This document shows, piece after piece, positions 29,524 to 38,770 of a stretch of DNA of 64,000 bases. A program made the position numbers and the translations under genes. The notes below the pieces were generated by a model, which worked only from the letters and a program-made list of their open reading frames with translations, ran no database searches and had not been told where the DNA came from. Within the stretch, counting starts at the first letter, position 1. Every line of letters starts with the position of its first letter. The DNA comes from Sandarakinorhabdus sp. (GTDB lineage Bacteria > Pseudomonadota > Alphaproteobacteria > Sphingomonadales > Sphingomonadaceae): the NCBI RefSeq assembly GCF_031430775.1, contig NZ_JANPCD010000170.1, positions 6,003 to 70,002 of the forward strand. Direction: 5' to 3'.

Positions 29524-29564
29524 GACTACGGATGTAGTCAGTATTGATGACTACAGTTGTAATC
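29524..29564 (+). promoter_or_regulatory. two BlaI/CopY-type operator palindromes (TAC-N4-GTA core)
   Basis: GACTAC-GGAT-GTAGTC (29524-29539, perfect) and GACTAC-AGTT-GTAATC (29549-29564), 25 bp apart, just upstream of the blaI-like ATG. Confidence 0.5.
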
Positions 29565-29579
29565 ATCGAGTCGCAGCCC

Positions 29580-29957
29580 ATGCCAGCACCGCCCACAGAA
29601 CGCATCAGCGAAGCCGAACTGGCGGTCATGGAAGTGCTTTGGCGGCAAAGCCCCGCCACCGCGCAAGACGTGGCGGCGCAGCTTGGCGACATGGCCTGGA
29701 CGCTGGCAACCGTCAAAACCCTGTTGTCGCGGCTTGCCGCCAAGGGCGTGCTGGCGTTTGCCGAGGATGGCCGCCGGTATCTGTATCGCCCCAATGTCGC
29801 ACGCTCGGATTATGTCGCGGGCGAATCGCGGCGGCTGGTTGATCGGTTGTATGGCGGTCGCCCGGCGCCGCTGGTGGCCCATCTGGCAACGCGCGGCGAC
29901 CTGACAGAAGCCGATATCGCCGAACTCGAAGCCCTTGTCCGGGAGCTGCGTTCATGA
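29580..29957 (+). CDS. BlaI/MecI/CopY-family transcriptional repressor
   Basis: MPAPPTERISEAELAVMEVLW... winged-helix N-terminus. The stop overlaps the start of the M56 gene. An upstream ATG at 29547 is possible but would sit within operator 2. Confidence 0.85.
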   Translation: MPAPPTERISEAELAVMEVLWRQSPATAQDVAAQLGDMAWTLATVKTLLSRLAAKGVLAFAEDGRRYLYRPNVARSDYVAGESRRLVDRLYGGRPAPLVAHLATRGDLTEADIAELEALVRELRS

Positions 29958-31609
29958 CCGTCTGGCTGATCGAGGCCCTTGTCGGGTCAAGTCTGTTGAT
30001 GCTGTTCGTTGCGCTGGTGCGCCGGCCGATGGCGCGCATGTTCGGGGCGCGTATCGCCTATGCGCTTTGGCTGTTGCCGGTGCTGCGCATGATGCTGCCG
30101 GCGCTGCCCGGTTGGCAGCCGCTCTATGTCCCGGTCGCGGGCGAAACGCCGGCGGGCGGCGCCGCATTCGCCCTGATGGACCCGGCAAGCGCAGCAGCGA
30201 TGCCCCCGATCCTGCCACCGGTCCTGACCACTACCGCGCCGCCGCCGACCGCCGGCTTGATCGCCGATCCGGTTCAGGTCTTGCTGCTGCTCTGGCTGGC
30301 GGGCGCCATTGTCTGGTTCGGCTGGCAGATGGCACGCTATGTCCTGTTCCTGCGCCGCGCGATGACGGACAGCGAACTGCTCAGCCGCCAGGCCGGCATC
30401 GACATCGTCATCAGCCCCAATGTCGATGGCCCGATGGCGGCTGGCATTGTCTCGCGCCGCATCTTCCTGCCTGCGGATTTTCGCACCCGATATACGCCGG
30501 AGGAACGCCGCCTGGCACTGCTGCACGAAGGCGCGCACCATGACCGGCGCGATATCTGGGCCAATTTTGCCGGCCTGCTGTTCGTGGCGCTGCACTGGTG
30601 GAACCCCATCGCCCACATCGCGTGGCGCGCCTTTCGTGCCGATCAGGAGCTGGCTTGCGACGCCTCTGTCCTGTCCGGTGCCGCCGCAAATGCCCGCGCC
30701 GCTTATGGCAGCGCCGTCCTGAAATCCGCCTGCGCCCGCACCCCGACTGCGGCTTGCGCCATGAACCACAAATCCCAACTCAAGGAACGCATCCTCATGA
30801 TGAAATATCGCAATTTCGGACGTGCCCGCCTTGCTGCCGGCGCCGCCACCATCGCTTCTGCCATTGTCCTTGGCCTGATCGCCACGGCCAGTGGTGCCCA
30901 GGTGCAGCCGGCGCCGGTTGTCCCGCCGGTGCCTGCAGCCCCGCAGGCACCGGCGGCTCCCGCTGCGCCGCACCCGGCGGCGGCTCCGGCCGTGCCCGCT
31001 GCACCGAAGCCGCCACACATCGAGATAATCCGCGTGGAAGCCGGCAAGGATGTGAAGCCGGGCGAGAAGCGCATCATCCGCACCATGGTCATCAAGGACG
31101 GCCAGGTTGTAACGGATGATGTCGGCGGACCGGACGCGCCCGATGCGGTGGTGGGCGGCGATGGCAAGCACCGGACCGTGATGATCCGGCGGTTCGCCGA
31201 CGGCAAGGACGCGGCGGAGGCTGACAAGGCGATGACCGAAGCCCATGGCGCCATGGGCCAAGCGCATCGCGCCATGGACCAGGCCCATAAGGACATGATT
31301 CGCGCCGAACATGTGCGCCTGAACATGCCAAGTCGCGAAGCCATGATGGCCAAGGTGCGCGCGGACATGACAGAGCGCTGCAACGCAGCCGGCACGCCGA
31401 TGGACAAGAACGCCGAGCTGTCCCGGCTGGCGACCTGCGGTGTCGATTATCGCGAACAGGTCGCCAAGGCGCTGGCAACTGCGCGCACCAGCATCGCGCG
31501 TGACCGCAATCTGTCCGACGCGCAGCGCGCCGAGGCGCTCAAGGGCATCGACCAGGCTGTGAACAGTCAGATGCGAAACGGCGACCGCATCATCATCAAG
31601 ACCAACTGA
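29954..31609 (+). CDS. BlaR1-like M56-family membrane metallopeptidase / signal transducer
   Basis: N-terminal TM helices, HEGAHHDRRD zinc motif (HExxH), Pro/Ala-rich linker, about 250-aa extracytoplasmic C-terminal domain. Confidence 0.85.
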   Translation: MTVWLIEALVGSSLLMLFVALVRRPMARMFGARIAYALWLLPVLRMMLPALPGWQPLYVPVAGETPAGGAAFALMDPASAAAMPPILPPVLTTTAPPPTAGLIADPVQVLLLLWLAGAIVWFGWQMARYVLFLRRAMTDSELLSRQAGIDIVISPNVDGPMAAGIVSRRIFLPADFRTRYTPEERRLALLHEGAHHDRRDIWANFAGLLFVALHWWNPIAHIAWRAFRADQELACDASVLSGAAANARAAYGSAVLKSACARTPTAACAMNHKSQLKERILMMKYRNFGRARLAAGAATIASAIVLGLIATASGAQVQPAPVVPPVPAAPQAPAAPAAPHPAAAPAVPAAPKPPHIEIIRVEAGKDVKPGEKRIIRTMVIKDGQVVTDDVGGPDAPDAVVGGDGKHRTVMIRRFADGKDAAEADKAMTEAHGAMGQAHRAMDQAHKDMIRAEHVRLNMPSREAMMAKVRADMTERCNAAGTPMDKNAELSRLATCGVDYREQVAKALATARTSIARDRNLSDAQRAEALKGIDQAVNSQMRNGDRIIIKTN

Positions 31610-32101
31610 TCAAAAATCGTCGCTGGCGTCCAGAAACAGCGCCGCCAGCGCCTCAAGCCCGGCCCGGTCGCCTTCATCGAAGCGGCCGGGCCTCGGGCTG
31701 TCGAGGTCGAGCACGCCAATGATGACGCCGTCGCGCAGCAGCGGCACGACAATTTCGGAACGGCTGTCGGCATCACAGGCGATATGGCCGGGAAAAGCAT
31801 GGACATCGGCAACGACCTGCGTCTCGCGCGTCGCCGCCGCCGTGCCGCAGACGCCGCGTCCCAACGGGATGCGGATGCAAGCCGGCTTGCCCTGGAACGG
31901 CCCCAGCACCAGTTCGCCGCTGCGCATCAGATACAGCCCCGCCCAATTGAGGCCATCCAGCTGTGTGTAGATGAGCGCGGCCATGTTGGCGGCATTGGCG
32001 ATGAAATCGCGCTCGTCGGCCATGAGACCGCCCAGCTGCGAGGCCAGTTCGGCATATTGTTCGGGCTTGGTGCCTGAAAGGGCAGGGGCGGCAAACGACA
32101 T
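31610..32101 (-). CDS. msrC: GAF-domain free methionine-(R)-sulfoxide reductase (YebR/MsrC-like)
   Basis: 163 aa; GPFQGKPACIRIPLGRGVCGTAA...HIACDADSRSEIVVPL closely follows the YebR pattern. Confidence 0.85.
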   Translation of the reverse strand: MSFAAPALSGTKPEQYAELASQLGGLMADERDFIANAANMAALIYTQLDGLNWAGLYLMRSGELVLGPFQGKPACIRIPLGRGVCGTAAATRETQVVADVHAFPGHIACDADSRSEIVVPLLRDGVIIGVLDLDSPRPGRFDEGDRAGLEALAALFLDASDDF

Positions 32102-34911
32102 CAGCCCAGCCTCTGCAGTGCGGCCGCCAGCCGCTGCGCTTCTTCGTTTCGCGCGGCATGATCTTCCCGCGCCTTTTCCACCGCTTCGGGCTTGGCCTTT
32201 TCGGTAAAGCCGGGGTTGGAAAGCCGGCCCGCCAGTGCGTCGCGTTCTTTGATCGCCCCGGCCATGGCCTTTTCCAGCCGGGCCCGTTCGGATGCCAGAT
32301 CGATGACATCGCCAATCGGGATCAACAGCGTCGCCTCCCCGTGCACGACCTGGAGCCGCCCACCGCCTGCTGCTGCGTCACCTGGTGCAATCCGTGCCAG
32401 TCGCTCGATTGCGGGAGCCTGCGCTACCAGCCGCGCCAGCGTCGCAGCGTCAGCGCCTTCCACGCTGTATGACAGCCGTGCGCCGGGCGGCACATTCAGT
32501 TCTGTTCGCGCCGAGCGCACTTCCGAAATCAGCCCGATCAGCCAGTCGATGTCGGCGCTTGCTGCTGCGTCGAAAGGCAGCGCGCCGGTTTGCACCCAGC
32601 CCGATCCGATCAGGTCACGGCTGCGCACTGCCAGCTTGTGCCAAAGCTCCTCGGTCAGGAACGGCATCACCGGGTTGAGCATGACCAATATCTGGTCGAG
32701 CGCCCAGCCAGCAACGGCGCGAGTCTCCGCCGCCACCGCAGCATCTGCGCCTTCAGCCAGCAGCGGCTTGATCAACTCGACATACCAGTCGCAAAACCGG
32801 TTCCACACCAGTTTGTAGATGGCATCGGCATAGGCATCGAAGCGGAAGTCGGCGATGGCCTGTTCCAGCGCCTGTGCCGCCTGTTTCACTTCGCCGATGA
32901 TCCAGCGGTTGACCGGCTGGAGGGCGGCGGGCGGCAAGGCGCTGTCATGGCCCGAAATGCCGTTGGACTGGCAGAATCGCGCGGCATTCCACAGCTTGGT
33001 GGCAAAGTTGCGATAGCCTTCGATGCGGCTTTCGTTCAGCTTGATATCGCGGCCTTGCGTTTCCATCGCGGTCAGCGTGAAACGCAGCGCATCGGCGCCA
33101 TATTTGTCGATGAGGGTGAGCGGATCGACGGTGTTGCCCTTGGATTTCGACATTTTCTGGCCCTGGGCGTCGCGCACCAGGCCATGGCAATAGACGGTCT
33201 TGAATGGCACGCGATCAGCGGGGTCGCTCCGCTCCGGGCCCATGAAATGCAGCCCCTGCATCATCATGCGGGCGACCCAGAAGAAGATGATGTCGAAGCC
33301 GGTGACCAGCACATCGCCGGGATAATGGCGGGCCAGATCATAGCCGGGATCGCCGGGTTGCAGCCCCCGTGTTTCGTCATTCCCGCGAAGGCGGGAAGCC
33401 ATCTCCGGCGTGTCGCGACCTGCATCTCCGGTCGGGCGATGGACCCCCGCCTGCGCGGGGGTGACGGGATCGATTGGCCAGCCGAGGGTGGCAAAGGGCC
33501 CGAGTGCAGAGGAGAACCAGGTGTCGAGGACGTCCTCGTCGCGCGTCAGCACCAGGCTCCCGGCCATTGTCTGCGCCTCGTTCTCGGTCTCGGCCACGAA
33601 GCACTCACCGCCCGGACCATACCAGGCCGGAATGCGGTGACCCCACCAAAGCTGGCGGCTCACGCACCAGGGCTGAATATTCTCCATCCAGTTGAAATAG
33701 GTCTTTTCCCAGGTCTTGGGCACGAACTGGGTGCGGCCATCCTGCACCGCAGCAAGCGCGTCCTTGGCCAGTTCGGCGGCATTCACATACCATTGGTCGG
33801 TCAGCCACGGTTCGATCACCACGCCCGAACGATCGCCATAGGGCATCTGGATGGTCTTTTGCTCGATCGATTCGATCAGGCCGAGCGCTTCCAGGTCGGC
33901 CACGACCTTTTTGCGCGCCTCCTCGCGGGCGAGCCCGATATAATCGGCCGGCACGCCGTCAGCGGCACAGATCTGCGCCTTGCCATCGAGGATGTTGATG
34001 TAGCCGATGGTCTTGTTGCGCTCATAGACCTGCCAGTCGTTGAAATCATGGGCCGGTGTGATCTTGACGGCGCCGCTGCCCAGTTCGGCATCGGCATGTT
34101 CATCGGCAATGATCGGGATGCGGCGGCCGGTGATGGGCAGCACCACGAACTTGCCGATCACCGACGCATAGCGCGCATCGTCCGGGTTCACGGCGACGGC
34201 GGTGTCGCCCAGCATCGTTTCGGGGCGCGTCGTTGCCACGATGATATGGTCCGCGCCGCTGTCCAGCACCGCGCCGTCCGCCAGTGGATAGCGGATATGG
34301 GTGAAGCTGCCGGCCACTTCGCGGGTTTCCACCTCAAGGTCGGAAATCGCCGTGCCCAGCTTGGGGTCCCAGTTCACCAGCCGCTTGTCGCGGTACAGCA
34401 AGCCCTGTCTGTGCAACTCGACGAACACCTTGATGACGGCGGTGTTGAAACCCTCGTCCATGGTGAAGCGCTCGTTTGCCCAGTCGCAACTGGCGCCCAG
34501 CCGGCGCAACTGGCCGGTGATGGTGCCGCCGCTTTCTTCCTTCCATTCCCAGACCTTGGCCACAAACGCCTCGCGGCCCATGGCGGTGCGGCCCGGCAAC
34601 CGGCTTTCCATCAGCTGGCGTTCCACCACCATCTGCGTGGCGATGCCGGCATGGTCGGTGCCGACCACCCAGCGCGCATCGCGGCCTTGCAGCCGGTGCC
34701 AGCGGATCAGCAGATCCTGCAACGTGTTGTCCAGCGCATGACCGATATGCAGGCTGCCTGTCACATTGGGCGGCGGGATGACGATGGTGAACGGCTTGGC
34801 ATCGGGCCGCGCCGGGCGAAAGGCGCCGGTGGCTTCCCAATGCGTATACCAGCGGCTTTCGATGCTCGCCGGGTCAAAGGTCTTGTCAATAAGGGTCGGG
34901 CTGTCGGTCAT
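32101..34911 (-). CDS. valS: valine--tRNA ligase (with an in-frame palindromic-element insert)
   Basis: [13 protein letters not shown] (HIGH) and KMSKSKGN (KMSKS) motifs; C-terminal coiled coil; start [14 protein letters not shown] at ATG 34911. Confidence 0.95.
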   Translation of the reverse strand: MTDSPTLIDKTFDPASIESRWYTHWEATGAFRPARPDAKPFTIVIPPPNVTGSLHIGHALDNTLQDLLIRWHRLQGRDARWVVGTDHAGIATQMVVERQLMESRLPGRTAMGREAFVAKVWEWKEESGGTITGQLRRLGASCDWANERFTMDEGFNTAVIKVFVELHRQGLLYRDKRLVNWDPKLGTAISDLEVETREVAGSFTHIRYPLADGAVLDSGADHIIVATTRPETMLGDTAVAVNPDDARYASVIGKFVVLPITGRRIPIIADEHADAELGSGAVKITPAHDFNDWQVYERNKTIGYINILDGKAQICAADGVPADYIGLAREEARKKVVADLEALGLIESIEQKTIQMPYGDRSGVVIEPWLTDQWYVNAAELAKDALAAVQDGRTQFVPKTWEKTYFNWMENIQPWCVSRQLWWGHRIPAWYGPGGECFVAETENEAQTMAGSLVLTRDEDVLDTWFSSALGPFATLGWPIDPVTPAQAGVHRPTGDAGRDTPEMASRLRGNDETRGLQPGDPGYDLARHYPGDVLVTGFDIIFFWVARMMMQGLHFMGPERSDPADRVPFKTVYCHGLVRDAQGQKMSKSKGNTVDPLTLIDKYGADALRFTLTAMETQGRDIKLNESRIEGYRNFATKLWNAARFCQSNGISGHDSALPPAALQPVNRWIIGEVKQAAQALEQAIADFRFDAYADAIYKLVWNRFCDWYVELIKPLLAEGADAAVAAETRAVAGWALDQILVMLNPVMPFLTEELWHKLAVRSRDLIGSGWVQTGALPFDAAASADIDWLIGLISEVRSARTELNVPPGARLSYSVEGADAATLARLVAQAPAIERLARIAPGDAAAGGGRLQVVHGEATLLIPIGDVIDLASERARLEKAMAGAIKERDALAGRLSNPGFTEKAKPEAVEKAREDHAARNEEAQRLAAALQRLG
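33375..33466. repeat. 92-bp palindromic MITE/REP-like element inserted in frame in valS
   Basis: Terminal inverted repeats CGTCATTCCCGC / GCGGGGGTGACG. Internal hairpins TTCCCGC-GAAG-GCGGGAA (33380-33397) and CCCCCGC-CTGC-GCGGGGG (33444-33461). Confidence 0.65.
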
Positions 34912-34992
34912 GGAACCGCTGTTAGCGGGTGCGGCAGTCGCGCGAAAGCCCGCAAAAGCCCCCAAAGAGTTACCGACGGGTATGCGTTGGCG

Positions 34993-35286
34993 CTACATCT
35001 TGCCAGTCAGCCGGCGGATTTCCTCACGCGCCAGCCGCTCGACGATTTCCGGCATATGGGCGTCGAGCCAGGCCTTGAGCATCGGTGTCATCATCTGGCG
35101 CATGAGCGTGTCCAGCGTCATGGCGCCGATTGTGGGCGTGATCTCCACGGCGCCGACCTCGGCGATCATGACCGGCGGCGGCGGCGGTGCCACCAGCGCC
35201 GCTCCCTCGTCTTCGGCATCATCGCCCGTCACACGGGCGCGGATGGAGGCGAGGATGGCGTCAATGGTGGGAGGCAAGTCGCTCAT
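34993..35286 (-). CDS. DUF2497 (PopZ C-terminal-like) domain protein
   Basis: 97 aa: acidic/Pro-rich centre, conserved C-terminus LDTLMRQMMTPMLKAWLDAHMPEIVERLAREEIRRL. Confidence 0.75.
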   Translation of the reverse strand: MSDLPPTIDAILASIRARVTGDDAEDEGAALVAPPPPPVMIAEVGAVEITPTIGAMTLDTLMRQMMTPMLKAWLDAHMPEIVERLAREEIRRLTGKM

Positions 35287-35357
35287 ACGAAGTCATCATA
35301 AGGCGCAGACAGCGCGATGACCAGAGAGTGTGAATACCCTTTAACGATTTGCAGCTC

Positions 35358-36044
35358 TCAAAAGGCGAATTTTTTCGGCCGGGCAAAGCCGGGAAGCGGA
35401 TATGCTGCCACTTCGAGGAAGGGCAGGCCGGCAATTGCGCCATCCGCGAGCACCGATCCGGCATAGGCGCCGCCGACTCCACTGGTTCGCACCACCGCTG
35501 CAATGCGGCCACCGCCAGCCAACTGCGCCCACAATGCTGCCGGCACATGTTCGATGGCGCCTTCGAACAGCATGAGGTCATAGGGTGCTCCGGGCGCCCA
35601 GCCATCTGCCAGCGGGCCTGTGCGGGTGACTACACCGGCCGATTCGGCCAGCGCCGCCAGCGCCGTATCTGATTCGAGTGCGGTCACCTGCGCCCCCATA
35701 TGCGCCAGCACGGCTGCGGAATAGCCGCTGCCGCTGCCAACGACCAGAACGCGCATCCCCGGTGTCACGCCGGCATTCTGGAGCAGCAGCGCCAGCACCA
35801 GCGGCTCCAGCAGCCAGCGGCCCGGCGCCAGCGGCTGCGCGGCATCGGCATAGGCCAGGCTCTGCTGTTTCTGCCCAAGGAATATCTCGCGCGGCACCGT
35901 GCCCATGGCGGCCAGCAAGCTGGCATCGGTGATCCCGACCGTCTTGAGCTGGCTGTCGATCATGCTCTGGCGCATGGCGGAAAAATCGCTGGTCACTCGC
36001 ACACTCTTGCAATTCGGGGGCGTCGGCACGCGTTCTGTAACCAT
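35358..36044 (-). CDS. pcm: protein-L-isoaspartate O-methyltransferase
   Basis: SAM motif VLVVGSGSGYSAAVLA; start uncertain (36062, 36044 or 35975). Confidence 0.85.
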   Translation of the reverse strand: MVTERVPTPPNCKSVRVTSDFSAMRQSMIDSQLKTVGITDASLLAAMGTVPREIFLGQKQQSLAYADAAQPLAPGRWLLEPLVLALLLQNAGVTPGMRVLVVGSGSGYSAAVLAHMGAQVTALESDTALAALAESAGVVTRTGPLADGWAPGAPYDLMLFEGAIEHVPAALWAQLAGGGRIAAVVRTSGVGGAYAGSVLADGAIAGLPFLEVAAYPLPGFARPKKFAF

Positions 36045-36105
36045 GAAGGTTGCCCTCGCCAAGCGTCATTGCTAGGGGAGCATTCCCGCGCAGGCATCGC
36101 GATGG

Positions 36106-36179
36106 GGCCCGATGGCGGAGTGGTGACGTAACGGACTGCAAATCCGTGCACCCGGGTTCGATTCCCGGTCGGGCCTCCA
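36106..36179 (+). tRNA. tRNA-Cys (anticodon GCA); prophage integration site
   Basis: GGCCCGATGGCGGAGTGGTGACGTAACGGACTGCAAATCCGTGCACCCGGGTTCGATTCCCGGTCGGGCCTCCA. Anticodon loop CTGCAAA, discriminator U, CCA. The integrase gene ends 10 nt downstream. Confidence 0.9.
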
Positions 36180-36188
36180 CCTACCTTG

Positions 36189-37271
36189 TTATAGTCGTTT
36201 TATATCAACGCCTTGACCTGATAAATTGGCGAACCTTTTAGGGGGGTTCGCCAATTTGTCGGCGGCGCTGTCGGCCAGCTGGCTGCGATTCGCGGCCTCC
36301 ACATATCGGGTCACTTCCTTGTCGCTGCTGTGGCCGGTCCAGCTTTTTATTTCTTGTTGTGATGCGCCGGCGTTGGCGAGGCGGACGGATGCCGCCTTGC
36401 GCAGGCCGTGGGCGCGGCCTGGTACGCCGGCGGCGATGCAGCGTTCGGCGAACCAGTTGCCGAAGCCGGCGTCGGTGAAGGGCTTGCCCTGTTCGGTGAC
36501 CAGATAGGTCATGTGGCCGCTGGTGAAGCCGTCCAGCGCCTCGTGCAGTTCGGCGATGATTGGCAGATCGAGCGCCTTGTCGGTCTTGCGCTGCTTGAAG
36601 GACAGGCGGCCGCCGCGCACGTTCTGCCGGCCCAGCCTGATCGCATCGCTGCGCCGCTGGGCGGTGTTGAGCATCAGCGCCAGCGCCAGCCATTCGCGCG
36701 TGCCGGGCGGCCAGCGGCGTTTGTATTGGGCAATCTCGGCCTCGGTCCAGGTGTGGAAGCCGCCCTTGACCTGATAGGGCCGCACCAGTTTCCACGGATT
36801 GTCGGCGACGATTTTCATGCGCATGCCTTCGTCCCAGATGCGGGACAGCAGCTTGCGCAGTTTGTTGCCGGCGTTGGGCCGGTCGGCGAACTTGGCCATG
36901 ATGGCGCTGGATTCCTCATAGCCAAAGCTGGCGACGGGAATGTGTTGGAACGGCTGCCGGAACCGTTCAATGACCAGGCGGAAGCTGTGGCGGGTGCGGT
37001 CGCTGGGCCGCTGCCAATCGGCGCTGCCATAATAGCGGGCAATCAGGTCGCCGATGGTGCCGGGCACGCTGCGCGCCTCGCCGGGAGTGATCGCGGGCGC
37101 GGCAAGGCCGGCCTTGCATGCGGCATATTCGGCCCACCATGCCGGGCTGAACGGTTCGGATTTGAAGTCATGGGCGGCGTGGCCGGTGCGGCGAAAGCGG
37201 GTGCGCAGTTTTCCGTGCCGGTCGCGGTAGGCGCTGACATTGGCAGGGAAGGGGCTGCGCGGGCGCGTCAC
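36189..37271 (-). CDS. int: tyrosine-type phage integrase
   Basis: 360 aa; catalytic-domain motifs LNTAQRRSD, AHGLRKAA, GHSSDKEVTRYV; GTG start overlaps the upstream stop (GTGA). Confidence 0.95.
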   Translation of the reverse strand: MTRPRSPFPANVSAYRDRHGKLRTRFRRTGHAAHDFKSEPFSPAWWAEYAACKAGLAAPAITPGEARSVPGTIGDLIARYYGSADWQRPSDRTRHSFRLVIERFRQPFQHIPVASFGYEESSAIMAKFADRPNAGNKLRKLLSRIWDEGMRMKIVADNPWKLVRPYQVKGGFHTWTEAEIAQYKRRWPPGTREWLALALMLNTAQRRSDAIRLGRQNVRGGRLSFKQRKTDKALDLPIIAELHEALDGFTSGHMTYLVTEQGKPFTDAGFGNWFAERCIAAGVPGRAHGLRKAASVRLANAGASQQEIKSWTGHSSDKEVTRYVEAANRSQLADSAADKLANPPKRFANLSGQGVDIKRL

Positions 37272-37459
37272 AGGGCCGTGCCGGCGATCAGGTCACGCAG
37301 TGCGTCTTTTCCGGTGGGCATCGGCCTTGCCTCGCAGGGTGTCATGCGGATCGTGCCGTCTGATGTAATCTCAATGGCCATGGTAACGCCAGCCTTTGCC
37401 GCGCCAGACAGCGCACGGGCGATATCCGCCTGTGTGAACCGGGCGCGGCGGGCGGTCAT
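37268..37459 (-). CDS. hypothetical small protein upstream of int (excisionase-like by position only)
   Basis: 63 aa MTARRARFTQADIARALSGAAKAGV...; ATGA overlap with the upstream ORF. Confidence 0.45.
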   Translation of the reverse strand: MTARRARFTQADIARALSGAAKAGVTMAIEITSDGTIRMTPCEARPMPTGKDALRDLIAGTAL

Positions 37460-37689
37460 GGCCATAGTCCGGGGTTGACAACATCGCGGCCGTTCACACG
37501 CAGCACACAAAGCGGAGAAATATCGTCAATGCCGGAAATCGATACGATCCAATGCCCGTCCCAGTTCGCCATTGTAAAAGTTGATCGACCGCCGCACCGG
37601 GCCACCAGAAGCTGATTGCCCGGCCGCAAGACAGTTCTTGCCCATTGCAATGCAAGACCGCGCCGAAAGTCCCGCTGCTCGTGGGACAT
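37456..37689 (-). CDS. hypothetical phage protein
   Basis: 77 aa from MSHEQRDFRRGLALQW; the Arg/Pro-rich upstream part of the ORF is judged non-coding. Confidence 0.4.
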   Translation of the reverse strand: MSHEQRDFRRGLALQWARTVLRPGNQLLVARCGGRSTFTMANWDGHWIVSISGIDDISPLCVLRVNGRDVVNPGLWP

Positions 37690-37739
37690 GGTGGTCCATG
37701 ACAGCAGATAATAGGGATGCTGCAGCAGCGGTGCGCCGC

Positions 37740-38045
37740 TCACAGCGCCAGCTCGGCGATGATGCGGGCGATTGTTTGGGTCTGGGTGACGACGGCGGCG
37801 CGGCGGCATCGGTCGATGACCCGTCGCGGCAACGGTTCTTCGCTGTGCGTGACCGCTGCGAGCATCAGGCCGTTGACGATGCCGTCGCGCAGGCACAGGC
37901 GGTGCACCTGGATGATGCGCGCCACGACTTCGCCCAGATCTTCACGCGGGACATCGGCCAGCGCCGTCTGCATGTCGGCCGCCATCTGGTAATGGCCGGG
38001 GCTGGTGATGTTCAGCTTGAGCGGTTCAAACGGCATGGTCGGCAT
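37740..38045 (-). CDS. hypothetical phage protein
   Basis: About 101 aa from MPTMPFEPLKLNITSPGHYQ; protein-like composition. Confidence 0.45.
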   Translation of the reverse strand: MPTMPFEPLKLNITSPGHYQMAADMQTALADVPREDLGEVVARIIQVHRLCLRDGIVNGLMLAAVTHSEEPLPRRVIDRCRRAAVVTQTQTIARIIAELAL

Positions 38046-38259
38046 CCGCGTCGATCTGTTCGATTGCGAGCAGCAGAAAGGCGGCGGCGCGCACCAGATC
38101 GGAACGGCGCGGCGCGGTATCGGCGGTGTGGGCCAGACTGAGCACAGCCTCGGCCCGCCTGTTGGCGGCGGGTTCGCGCGCCCATGGGCTGCGCAGCGTG
38201 TCGAGCACGTCCAGCACATCGTGTGCGGCGGGGGTGACGCCTTGGCGAAGGTCAGTCAT
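38026..38259 (-). CDS. hypothetical phage protein
   Basis: 77 aa; ATGA overlap with the upstream ORF. Confidence 0.45.
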   Translation of the reverse strand: MTDLRQGVTPAAHDVLDVLDTLRSPWAREPAANRRAEAVLSLAHTADTAPRRSDLVRAAAFLLLAIEQIDADADHAV

Positions 38260-38579
38260 TGCGGCGTCTCCCCCTGTGAGAAACTGTCAACGCCGGCCAC
38301 CATGGCAAACTCAAGCAAATCCCGCAGGTTTTGCTGATGATCTTCGTTAAACATGGTCACGCCTTGAGATGATGCGTAGAGTTGCAGAGTGGCAAACATC
38401 ATCCCCACCAACAAAGCCCCTTGATCTTGTCGCGGCGCTTTGAGCCGGGCCGTGCAATGCGCCAAGGCTTTGCGCCGCTCCCGCTCGCACGCTGCATTAA
38501 AGAGGTCTGCGGCGTTGAACGCGCCCCAAGTTTCGGGCGGCCCTAGTCTGGCAAATGCCCTGTCTCTGGCGCCGCTCAT
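38256..38579 (-). CDS. hypothetical phage protein
   Basis: 107 aa; ATGA overlap with the upstream ORF. Confidence 0.5.
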   Translation of the reverse strand: MSGARDRAFARLGPPETWGAFNAADLFNAACERERRKALAHCTARLKAPRQDQGALLVGMMFATLQLYASSQGVTMFNEDHQQNLRDLLEFAMVAGVDSFSQGETPQ

Positions 38580-38770
38580 GCCGCCACCTGCATGGCGTTG
38601 AGGGTGGCGGTGAGCACCTGGAGGCGGGCGGCGTGGTGGGCGCGGTCGCGGGGGTCTGGCGCGTGGTGGGCCATGGCGCGGGCGCGGGCGATGATGTGGC
38701 GGGTGCTGTCGATGACGCCGGCGCGAATCTTGGGGTCGGCCAGCAGGACCGAGGCGGGGCGCGGGGTCAT
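38576..38770 (-). CDS. hypothetical phage protein
   Basis: 64 aa from MTPRPASVLLADPKIRAG; ATGA overlap with the upstream ORF. Confidence 0.4.
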   Translation of the reverse strand: MTPRPASVLLADPKIRAGVIDSTRHIIARARAMAHHAPDPRDRAHHAARLQVLTATLNAMQVAA

